Position numbers and translations under genes: made by a program. This document shows, in pieces, positions 53,401 to 64,000 of a stretch of 64,000 nucleotides of DNA. The stretch lies in the NCBI GenBank assembly GCA_950097015.1, contig CATNEN010000035.1, positions 186,001 to 250,000 of the forward strand, read 5' to 3'. The number at the start of each line of letters is the position of its first letter. The first letter of the stretch is position 1. Origin of the DNA: Macrostomum hystrix. Its lineage: Eukaryota > Animalia > Platyhelminthes. A model generated the notes under the pieces. That model was given only the letters and a program-made list of their open reading frames with translations. It had not been told where the DNA came from and searched no databases.

Positions 53401-56400
53401 AAACGGAGTCGGACCTCATACAGCCACCACAACACTAACAGTAGCTGTGACAGACGTGAACTTGCACACTCCGATCTGCAGTCCCAGCACCGTCACAGTA
53501 AATAACATTCGAGAAGACGTAGCCCTCGGAACTCTACTCACTAGCCTGACTTCGCCAATTGTGATGTGTACCGATGGCGACAGCAGGGACACATTGAGCT
53601 ACTCTATGAGCGGCAGCGCAAGCGACAGTCACTTTTCAGTGAATCCCACCACTGGTGCTATCACTGTAGCTTCTGCGCTTGACTTTGAGACTACAAAAAT
53701 TCACCAGTTTCAGGTGGTGATAACAGATAGCGCAAGCCCGGCGAAAACCACGAGCATGGCCGTGACGGTTAATGTTCTCGATGTCAACGAATTCAGTCCA
53801 ACTTGCACTGTGCCATCGAGCGTAACAATGAATGAGGATCAAGCGGTGGGAACAGCAGCCTTCTCAGCAGCGAATTGCAACGACTCCGATGCAACTCCAA
53901 CGACACTGCAGTATACTCTGCAGCCAGGCACCCCGTTTCAAGTCAGCTCCTCTGGAGTGGTCACTGCTAGTAGCGTCCTAGACTACGATGCAACCTCTGC
54001 CACTACCAGCTACACTATTATGCTAATGGTTTCTGACACTGCACCAACAATTGACTCGCTCAGGTCTAGTACCTACACAATCACTGTCACTGTAGCGCCA
54101 GTTAATGAATATGCGCCAGTGCTCACCTACACGGCGCTATTAGCCAGCCTAGCAGAGAATGTTGCAGTTGGGACTGGACTGTCGCTAACCACGATTGCTG
54201 GAGCCTCTGTCTCTATGGCTGCAACGGATGCCGATCGAGGGTCAAATCATGCGACTCTGACCTGGTCGATTGTTGGCGGAAACAGCGCTGGTAAGTTTTC
54301 CATCAACTCGGCTTCAGGAGCGCTTCAGACAGCTGCCACTTTAGACCGAGAGACAGCAGCTAGCTACGTTATTCTAGTCAGTGTCACAGACGGCGGTGGT
54401 CTATCCTCCACTATTAACTGTACTGTAGCCATCACTGTGACCGACGTGAATGACAACAACCCGGTATGCAATCCAGCATTGGACAACGTCACTCTGTACG
54501 AAGGTGAAGCAGCTAGACAGTTGGCAGATTTTGGCACCTCTGGTAGGGTAACAGATGCAGACGTTGGTATCAATGCACAGCTAAGCTTCACTCTAAATAA
54601 CGCTGGTAAGAAAACAGTTTTCATATTCAGTTTTGAACTTTTTAGTATTTAGAGTGTTAAAGAACTATCAGAACGTCTTGAATTCCAGCTTCTCTGAGCT
54701 CAGACTTCCAACTGAGCGGCAGTCGACTGAGCAGCATGCGCAGCTTTACATCGTCAGATCCGACCACAAACACACTCGCAATTGTGGCCACTGACGGAGG
54801 CACTCCTGCTCTCTCATCCACATGTACTTTAACGGTTAGGATCGTTCTGACTGCACGACCACCGACGTTCACTGTTGCGAATAGCGCAGTGACACTGGCC
54901 GAGAGCACATCGGTGGGCACGCAAGTGTTCCAGTTTGTTGGAAACCTGGGTACTGCAGGAACGCTGCCTCTTACGATGTCACTCCAGTCCTTCTCGCCGT
55001 CTGTCAACTCGAATCTGTTTACTTTCACAGCAGCCTCGGGTCGAGTGACGGTAAACCAAGCGCTGGATTATGATTCCAGTTCAACTCGAGGTCCATTCAT
55101 CCTGATCGTGAAGTTGACCGATGCCACTCCTCTGTCTGCGACAGGCACTCTGACCATCAGCCTGACTGACGTTAACGACAACGATCCACAGTTTGCTTCT
55201 GCAGTGGAGTTCTCCAAGACTATTGGTGAAAACGTTGGCTCTGGTTTCCTAGTTCAAACCATCACATGGACTGATGCGGATTCGGGTCTCAATGGAGTTG
55301 CCAACTGTTCTATCATCGTGCAGTCAACGCCAGCAATTTTTACAATTGACGCGACCACCTGCCAGCTGAAAACAACCGCCAATCCAGACCGGGAAACAAG
55401 TAGCTTACATAACATCACCATCGCTCTGACTGATATGGGAACACCGCAAAGGACCAGTCAACACATTTTCCTGATCACAATTGCTGATCAGAACGACAAT
55501 ACGCCGATATTTTCAACTACCTCGTTTGCCGCTTCAGTGGTTGAGGAGTCAGCAGCTCCCACAACAGTCGGTACCTATGTCGCCACTGATGCGGATGCAG
55601 GTGTGAACGCACAACTCACTTACTCACTTATGTCGCAAGATGGTGCTTCGGACGCCACCAAGTTTTCCGTGTCCAGTGCCGGCGTCGTGACGACAACAGC
55701 TCCACTTGACCGCGAACAATTCAGTGTCTATCGATTGTTAGTGCTAGCGGCCGACGGTGGGTCCCCACCGCGGACGGGCAGCGCAACCTTAGTTGTCACA
55801 GTCACGGATATCAACGACAACACACCTCTGGTAAGGTTTGGGAGTGAATAATAGTTTATTTATAGGTTATGAAACATAGGTTAGAAAATCAAATCGTTTT
55901 TCCAGTTCTCAAGCCTGCCCAACATGGTGAGGGTGGCAGAGAACGCTACCGCTGGCACTCTGATCCATACTGTCACTGCTACTGATCGAGACTCAACCTA
56001 CGGCGTGCTTTCTTATAGCATCATAGGCGGCAATAACAGTACCGCATTCGTGATCGATGCCAGCACTGGCCGGGTGACATTAGCTTCTCCAGTTACTCTC
56101 AATCGTGAAGCTATTCCAGTCTACTTTCTTGTGGTGCAAGTTCAAGACAACGGTTCGCCGGCGAGGTCGGCAACGTCAACCCTCACTGTCTCCGTGTTGG
56201 ATGTAAACGAATTTGCGCCAAGTTTTGCTTCGCCTGCCATCAGTTTCACGGTAGGATTCCATTCCTTGCTTTTGACTGTTTTCGCATATTTATTTAGTCA
56301 ACTCTGTGCAGATCAGCACGGCAAGCAGTTTCACAGGCCTGAAACTTTCGTCTCTCAGATTGCGGAAAACTCCCCGGTGGGCAGCAATGTTGGCACCGTT

Positions 56401-58396
56401 TTGGCCACCGACAGAGACGGTGCCAGTCAGATTGTTCGCTACTCCGTGGCTTCGACCCTGGTGGGAACGGCGGGTCATTTCAACGTGGATAGCCTCACGG
56501 GAGTCGTGTACATCAGCCAGGCGTCTCTGGACCGGGAGACATTGGCAACCTACGTGCTGCAGATCGCTGCTTATGACGATGGTGTTCCCTCGCTGACCTC
56601 CTCACCATTTCTAAATGTCACCATTAACATCACGGACACCAACGACAATGACCCGATATTTGGAGCAAGCTACTACAACGCAACGCTCAACGAAAGCATC
56701 GCTGTCGGCTCGCTCGTGCTGACGATTTCGGCTACTGATCGTGACACTGGCATCAACGCGGCGCTGACCTACTCGTTGGATCCGTCAGCTACCGCTGCGA
56801 GTGCTTACTTTTCCGTCGGCTCGACCACAGGACAACTGCGGACCATCGCCGCACTGGACTATGAAAATACTACTGACTTCGCGTAAGATATCTGCTCAAT
56901 TCATTGGGACATCCATTTCTGATTGTAAAGAATAAAGCCAAACTCATGTTATCTTATTCCCATGAACTGGTTCACAGCATTCCTTAGTAGCTAAATTATT
57001 ATACATTATTCTAAATTATTCCTAAGTTTCCTTAATTAAAAGCTAAATGTTTGAGTTTGCCGCAACGCAGACAACAGTAATTTTGATCGCATTCCCGCTT
57101 ACTTAAAGAAATCAGCAAAATCAGCTGATTTAGGAAAACGTTTGGGGAACTGAAAAGCATTCACGAGCCCCTGAAATACGACCCCGATTCAGATTCGCTG
57201 TCATGGTCAAGGACGCCGGAACGTCTCCTCAGCGTAGCTCCACAGCCAGCGTGTGGGTCTCGCTGACCAACGTCAACGAACATCGACCAGCGTTCAGCTC
57301 GATCTTTTACAACTGCGAGGTGCCCTACAACGACGATAGTCGAGCCATCCTGGCAACGTTGACTGCAACGGATGCTGACGCGGGAACTTTCGGCACTATT
57401 GCATCGTACTCTTGGACTGCATCGAATATCTATTTGTACCTGGGCCCCACTAGCGGTCAGGTGATTCGCAATTCTGACCAGACCATGGAGCGCAGTCAGA
57501 AGTACATTCAATACGCAATGGCCACCGACCTTGGGGGCCTAGTATCCTCTGTTAATGCCACAGTTCGCTGCGACTCCTTCCCGCCGGAAGATAACGTGGT
57601 TCTAGTCTACACGGAGCTGTCCGAGAGTAGCTATGACGCGATGTTGACCAGTTTAACAGCCAGCCTAAACGCTACGCTGCAATATTCTCACCCGGGCTGC
57701 TCTGTGAGGTTCTGGAAGAAACAAAAGTCTGGCATCTACTGGGTTGGCTATTTCTACGCCCTGAACAACACTGACACAGACAGTATCGCTAGTATCAGCC
57801 TCACCAAGACGTTTCTAACAAAAGCTCAGCTACTGCAGCAGTGGCGCCTAAACACTGATGGTACCCCGACCAGCGTACTAACAAGCAGCAGCTTTATCAA
57901 CTACCGCATCGTCAAGGTCGAACCGTATCCGGACAGCAGCCCTACCACTAATTGGCTGGACACGTGGTGGGGCAAGCTGTGCATTGCACTGGCTGCTGCA
58001 GCCGGCGCCGCTCTCATAGGTGCTCTTATTTATGGCATAGTTGCTGGCGCCGGAGCTGGTGCAGCGTCCTCCGCGCCGACGGCCGCCGCCGCTGGATTGA
58101 CATCCGTGACACCCAGTGGTGGCAGCGCATCAACGGCCGGCGCTGGCAAGGCTACTAGCCAGCTCGCCAGGCAGCCGATGAACCAGCGGCACATCATGCC
58201 CAAGCCGCAGCAGCAGCAGCCGCAGAAGCCACCGGCGAGATTTCAGGACACACCGCGGCCTGATTTTAATCAGAACCAGCAGCAACAGCAACAGCAGCAG
58301 CAGCAGACGCAGAAACAGCAGAATCAATCCAGGTTGAGCAACAACGACTCAGGGCGTGGAAGCGCCGCTTCTGACGTTGTCATCTTTGAGCTCTAG
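41428..58396 (+). CDS. Large non-classical cadherin (Fat/Dachsous/CDH23-like), ~3780 aa, ~30 EC repeats, one TM helix, Q-rich tail ending VVIFEL
   Basis: 17 exons with consistent phases: 41428-41524, 41595-41999, 42107-42823, 42948-43664, 46632-47349, 47473-48189, 48474-49189, 49356-49800, 50026-50351, 50588-51169, 51709-52146, 52250-53282, 53384-54605, 54689-55830, 55906-56250, 56359-56882, 57193-58396. Signal peptide, repeated DRE/DYE, DxD and DxNDNxPxF motifs, TM WWGKLCIALAAAAGAALIGALIYGIVAG. Five +1 insertions interrupt exons 5, 7 and 11 as assembled. Confidence 0.93.
42107..48189 (+). repeat. Four near-identical 717-bp cadherin exons (two EC repeats each) with duplicated introns
   Basis: Copies at 42107, 42948, 46632 and 47473. 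Introns 42824-42947 and 47350-47472 are near identical. The 5' part of intron 4 (43665-43838) matches intron 6 (48190-48374). Confidence 0.95.
43737..46516 (-). mobile_element. Decayed, internally deleted Ty3/gypsy LTR retrotransposon in cadherin intron 4, antisense
   Basis: Gag-like PWNRWIE*FNIFLEA...KKAILIQLL..EGQRV; degenerate Zn knuckle CANCEMAGH; protease-like ILLDT; RT GDLRLCVDLR..NKAI, FTKLDLKQSYLQI, RVPFGM, (S)VDDIVIHG, LTLNREKC...FLG; integrase C-terminal remnants. LTR-end CAACA followed by PBS-like TGGTGACGAG at 46488; PPT-like GAGGGGGG at 43975-43968. Many stops and frameshifts; LTR limits are uncertain. Confidence 0.88.
51290..51526 (-). mobile_element. Probable tRNA-derived SINE remnant in cadherin intron 10
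   Basis: The minus strand has an A-box-like TAGCCTA...TAGGGC (from 51525) and B-box GTTCGAAT (51480-51473) at tRNA spacing, but the T-stem does not pair. The body limit is a guess. Confidence 0.4.
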
Positions 58397-61106
58397 ATGT
58401 GATCGGTGATTTTACTGACTTGGTCAGGCAGACTTTGTGCTTCCAAGGCTTCCAGAAATATTTTAAAAGGCGTTCAAGTAGGTCGGAACATTACATTTCG
58501 AGAGCTCCGTTTCTAGAAAATAGCTGCTTTGTCACAGATTTTTGTTACCATTCAATATACCTCATGATGTACTGATCCACTTGGGCTGACGTTTAGTGGG
58601 CAGCAAGTGACACTTGCACAATTATCCGCAGGTAAATGCCTAATTGTGAATAGAAAACTTTCAAGGCATTAAAAAATTAAAATGTGTTTTAAAAGCTGCC
58701 ACTAAATAGTTCAGGCCATGCCTTCCCTAGCGCATGCATTCGTGAATCTGTAAATGCTCTCGTTGCTCCCAAACGCTATCTACCCAGCAAAACCACATTT
58801 GCTTTGGCAAATTCTTGATTTTGCACACAATAAGCGCAAATTTGCCTTCTTCCCGGTATAAAACAACCCAAACAAATTTATCCCCTCTTAAAGTACATTG
58901 ATTTTCTTACAGTAGCACCTTTTTTCGGCACACGGAGCGACAAGCTTGCGTCATTTCTCCCGCGCATTTTCATAAATTTCTTTCGCATTCTTCTTTTTTA
59001 AGCGCATATTACCGATTATTTTCACTTACTTCCGACCTTCAGTAGAATAATACGAGTATAAACAGAGCAGTTAGTTTTTCGTGCGAATATAAACTATACG
59101 AAAGTTTAAATACAACTTCCAATCGATGTTTTCCGCATCTGTAGGCTAGTTTCAGCAGGTAAAAGCGTTGTATTTTTACACCTTGTTTTACCAGTATTTT
59201 TATTTTAATTCAATGAAATTACGTTTACGGTCCTATGAATTTTTTGGCTGGTTTTAGGGTGTCAGATACGACACTGTTTAAATCCAACAATTAAACCAAG
59301 AACAACCAAAGTACTCGTTCAAGGACGCAAGACAACAAAAAATGCACTGAGGAGGTCGCCAGCGCCAGCTGATTAACCTAATTCATCAGTTGAGTATATT
59401 TTTGGGAGGTCGTTGTTTTTCTGGCCAATTGAAACTTCCGTTCAATTAAATATTTTCTAAAAAAGAGTAATATTATCCAAAGATGCAGCCTCTTGTATAT
59501 CCACCTATTACTAAATCTCTAATCTTTCTTTGTTTTCTACCTATACAAAATGTCTAATCATTGTTTGCTTGTTTGTGTAAATGCTATGTCTCCCAAACGG
59601 CTAAGCAGATTTTTTCGTTTCTGAGGTCAAAATAGCAAAATATAGATTAAATTGGTCCGAATTGGTACACTTATTTTTATTAAGCGTAATCCCATTGCTC
59701 AGGGGAATAAATATTCGAAAAGCTATTTTAAATAGGCTTTTCTAATGAATTTTTATATCATTTCATATCAGCTTGCCAGTTTTAATGATAGCGAGCGCAC
59801 TAGTAAGAACTTGAGGGAGGCCACACAGAGGGTGGCGTAGGGGAGCTAGTCTAATATACTAAAAATGTAAATCTTGCTTGCATGCTTGCATGGTTGCTCG
59901 CTTGGTTGTAATTGATTTTCTCCCGAACGGCTCAACCCATTATCACCATTTCTTCACCAGAATATGCCAAATATGGGGACACATATACACATATTTTTTA
60001 TTAAGATTAACTTCATTGCTAAGGGGATTAAATATTCGAAAAACTGTTTTACATAAGATTTTAAGGCATTCAATCAGAGCCAGTTTTGTCAACGTATGTT
60101 ATAAGACTGTCCAAAAGTCGTATAAATGTGTCTAACAGTTTTCTAAACGTGTCCAAAAGTTTCATAAAAGTGTCCAACAGGTGTCTAAATGTGTCATACG
60201 GGGAGCAAGGGAGCAAGTCACATACTAAAATAAAATAAGCCAGACTACAATGCAGCTATCACATTGTTCACAATGGATGAATTTGTTTAAAAAACGAATA
60301 CGATAGTTTTTTGTGAATGAATTCGGTCAAATACAAAAGCCTGACAGTAGGAAGACCAGGGGGTATTTCAAATACTTACATTTTTTTCTGAATTGCCCAT
60401 ATTACATATTTGAAAATATACACATTTCTGTAATTAGACCAATCGCCATGAAAATGCAGAGCACGGGCTAATAGTTTCCGCTCCATCCAATGAAAGAACT
60501 TCCAGAATAAAAAACATCGGCATCGTTGAGATATTCAACGATTCTTGTCGGTGTGTCTGGTGGCAAAAACAACCAATGCAGGCATACTTTTTCTCACAAA
60601 ATTTCATCATGTAACCATTTCGGCTATCATTTTTGACTAGTTTAGATTGATTAAATAGATTTTTTCTATTTTTAACCAATATAGATTCGCCGTAGATGTT
60701 TATGCAGAGTAATGCTTTTTGTCTTTGTCACCAGGGTCTTCGACAAGAACCGCTGAATATCACAACGATGCTGACCCGGACGGCTTTGAAAGTTAGCTGA
60801 TCGTAAAAGGGCGGAAATTTTTTATCCATGTGGTGAAATTTACCGAAAATCAGTCATTCGATTTGGGAGCTATCGTTAATTAGGCAAAATGAGTACTTGA
60901 AATAAGCCGCGTGGTCTTTCCCGAGTGGAAAATTAGCGGAGTCTTCCCATAGACTATTTAGAACACACAGCCGAGAGCTCTGGTGATTTTTCTGAAAACT
61001 AAATTAGCCGAGCAGAAAATTTTGCCGTTTTTCACGTAGAAAAATTAGAAATTATTGGGTGCAGTTTTACAACCTGACGTAGCAAAAGATACTGTAACTG
61101 TTTCCT

Positions 61107-64000
61107 TCACTCAGATTCTTGCCACTTGCACCTGAGCTCATCCATCAGCCAACGAAGATTGGAGCTCTCCAACGACTCCAGTTTGTTTGTAATTGAAACT
61201 GTCAAATCCAAGTCCAATGAAAACATTGCTGCAACCAGCAGCTCCTGTTCGTCCGCATCCTCCCGAACAGCCACATCCTGGATCCAGTCTTGAGCGATCG
61301 AATCACCCTCTTTCTGCAGCTCATGTCGCAGGGCCCACAGAAGAGCGTCAAAGTTCACGAAGAATGACATTTTATCGATGTCCAGCTGAAGCGGAAATAG
61401 TTTCGACAGAGGTCGGGACAAGAACCTGAGTTCCAGTCGTTGGTCGAACAAAAAGCTAAACTTCCACGCGGAGTCCCGGCTTGTCAAATTCTGCCACACA
61501 CATTCCACAGTAGCCTCAGTCGCCGATCTTTCGACGGACCAATCTATTCCTCTGCTCACCACGTGTCCTCTGCAGTCGTTGACAACTGTCTCTGCAGTCC
61601 ATCGGTAGCCGAACTTGAGGCAGGCCAGCGCTCTGAGAGCCTCCCGTGCTGAGAGGGCGCAGTCTGGCAGTCTGGAGATCAGCTCTGCGAGAGAATCTTG
61701 GGATTTCATGCTGCAGTCGCCATGAGAAAGATACAGCAGGCACTCTCTCACCACGTCGTAGATCTCACAAAACTCGATGCTGTTGGATGTTGACAGAAGC
61801 CGAAATCTCAAGTCTGGCAGGATTTGGAATGGGTGGAAGTAGAACCTGCCTGACTTGCTTACTGGCCTGAGACTGCTCATAAACTGCAGCAGCAACTGAG
61901 GCAGTTGATCAAGGACTTTTTTCAATGTGCTTGCGATGCTTTCCAGAGTCTGGTCTATGCTTCCGGCCTTCTTGTCAGAACCCTTGAGGTACACTGCAGC
62001 ATCCTCTAAGAAAAAATGTTCCATGACCCGGCCATCAGTGTTGTCAGCCGTGCGGCTGCTCTCCATCCTGTCATGCAGCATCTGCAGCGAGCTCCTCACG
62101 AGACTCACAAGGTTTTCCGGCTTCCACCGCTCTTTTGGTGTCTCTTCTATCATTCGGAACGTGACAGTTTTCACGTGATACGGCTTCACACCTTGCAAAC
62201 CGAAACCATCTTTGTGGCAGATCACTTTCTTTACGAGGTACTTGAGCGTGACGAACAGCTGGCCCTGCAGAGTGCTGAGACTTCGCAACATCCGCTTCTC
62301 CAGAAAGCTTGTGCTCACTCGGAGCTCCTGGCCTTCTTGATCAGGAGAAGCTGCGTGCACCACGTGACAGGGTGATGAGGTCGAAGTGAGATCGTGGAGG
62401 AGTGACTGCATCACGCGCTGAGATATGTTAGAGCTGAGTAGCCGGGGTGGCTCGAGCGGCGCGATGGGAGGGTAGCGGCAGAGGCGGCAGGCGGAGACAT
62501 CGTCGATTGCAGGCCTCAGAGCGGCTCCAGGAGAGGGTTTGGCAGGATTGGAAGCTGCAATGGAAAGTTGGGAATACTTGCATAGGTTTGGTTTAAATTT
62601 CAGAACAAACAGATGGATACTGCTTAAAACCGTGTTGATATTTTTTAAAAGAGAAAAGAGACTCACCAAAACCAGAGCACCGAAGATGGCCATTGCTCAG
62701 CTCATGCTGGTCGCTCGATTCGACGCACTCGCACAGGCCTCTGACATGGTACAGTCGGCCAGGAATCAGACTCATCATGTCGATGTCGGACTCGATGTCG
62801 ATTCTTCCGTCGAGGGTTCGTAGGTTGTTGCCCCAGCCTTCCGAGAAGCTGCCAACTACAAAAACTGCATCAGAATTCAGTCTCTGCCTCTGGATCTCCT
62901 GCAAGACATCAGCAATTGCAATCTGCAGAGCAGCTCTGGAGTCTACGAACCCTGACTGAGTAAGCGCAGAGTGCAGCTGTTGGCTCAGCTCCGAGTCGCT
63001 GGGGTAGTCTCTAAAATGAAATTCAGTTGCAACAACAAAAAACTGTCAATGAATCAGATTGCGCAATCTCCATCACAAAGTATACAAACTTACACTAACA
63101 CCGATTCAAAATGTGAATCTGCAGACATCGATTCAAAGTAGATGTTTCCATGTGCCATGACAAGGGAGTCGAAAACTTTCTGGTGATTATTCGCGAATGC
63201 AATATTGATTGGCAATTGGCCAGTGCTCGTTTTTAAATTAAAATCTGCCTGTGCCCTGATGAGAGCATCCACGACATTCTGATGGCCATTCTCTGATGCG
63301 ATATAAAGAGGTGACTCGCCGGATTTTGTTTGAAGATCAACATCAGCTTGAGCTTTGATTAGCAATTCCACGACTTTCTGATGACAATACTGTGACGCAA
63401 TGTATAGAGCTGATTCACCAGTGTTTGATTGAAGATTAACGTCGGCCTGAGCTTTGATGAGCAAGTCCACGACACCCTGATGACCATCGTATGACGCGAT
63501 GCAGAGTGGCGAGAAGCCGTTGACCTTCTCTTGAAGATTGACGTCACCTTGTGATTTGATGAGTGAATCCACGACACTCAGGTGACCATTCTGTGATGCG
63601 ATGTAGATAGGCGAGGAACCGTTGATACTCTCTTGCAGATTGACTTGGGCTTGCGCTTTCAGGAGAAGGTTCACGACTCTCTGATGACCATTCTGTGACG
63701 CAATGTGAAGCGGTGAGCAGCCATTGACTTTATTTCGAAGATTGACGTCGGCGTGTGCTTGAAGGAGTGAATCAACAACTTTCTGATGGCCGTTCTGTGA
63801 CGCAATTAGGAGAGGGGACTCTCCAGCATTTCTTTGAAGATTGACATTCGCTTGTGACTTAATTAGCGATTCCACGACTTTCTGATGGCCATTCTGTGAC
63901 GCCATGTATAGAGGTGAAGAGCCGTTATTTTTCTCTTGCAAATTGACATCGGCTTGGGCCTTAATGAGCAAGTCCACGACCTTCTGGTGACCACTTTGAG
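61107..64000 (-). CDS. Ankyrin-repeat plus cGAS-like/Mab-21 nucleotidyltransferase (cGLR), 5' truncated by the window edge
   Basis: Exons >64000-63094 (at least 8 full ANK repeats, GxSPLxIASQNGHQxVVxxLIxAQADVN), 63010-62667 (GSFSEG...ESDID) and 62554-61107 (IDDVSACRLCRYPP, CHVVHA, ELRVSTSFLEKRML, VKPYHVKTVTFRMIEE, W.PENL, HFF). GT-AG sites and phases 2 and 1 join all three in frame. Confidence 0.9.

Overview
Animal (metazoan) genomic DNA with spliced genes. The repeat load, short introns and the cGLR family signature are most reminiscent of the flatworm Macrostomum; this is an inference and was not searched. The left half (1-32.2 kb) is about half tandem repeat: roughly 20 unrelated micro- and minisatellite arrays that generate most of the long ORFs in the ORF track, which are not genes. 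Genes reconstructed by hand from splice sites and motifs: (1) an F-spondin-like gene, Reeler + Spondin_N with no TSR seen (-, 10900-16145); (2) a profilin apparently fused to a ~223-aa disordered N-terminal extension (+, 19651-21551); (3) two exons of an orphan membrane/coiled-coil protein (+, 28865-30635); (4) a phospholipid scramblase (-, 31266-35766); (5) a compact SKICH-LIR-coiled coil-UBZ autophagy receptor of the NDP52/TAX1BP1 family, hidden by two +1 frameshifts (+, 38264-39084); (6) a ~3780-aa non-classical cadherin with four near-identical 717-bp cassette exons and a decayed Ty3/gypsy element at the duplication junction (+, 41428-58396); (7) an ankyrin-repeat plus cGAS-like (Mab-21) nucleotidyltransferase with intact catalytic motifs, running off the right edge (-, 61107 to >64000). 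Also present: a TIR-bounded MITE-like element, a probable tRNA-derived SINE and a perfect 17-bp hairpin. Seven +1 insertions between 38 and 52 kb are most simply long-read consensus errors.
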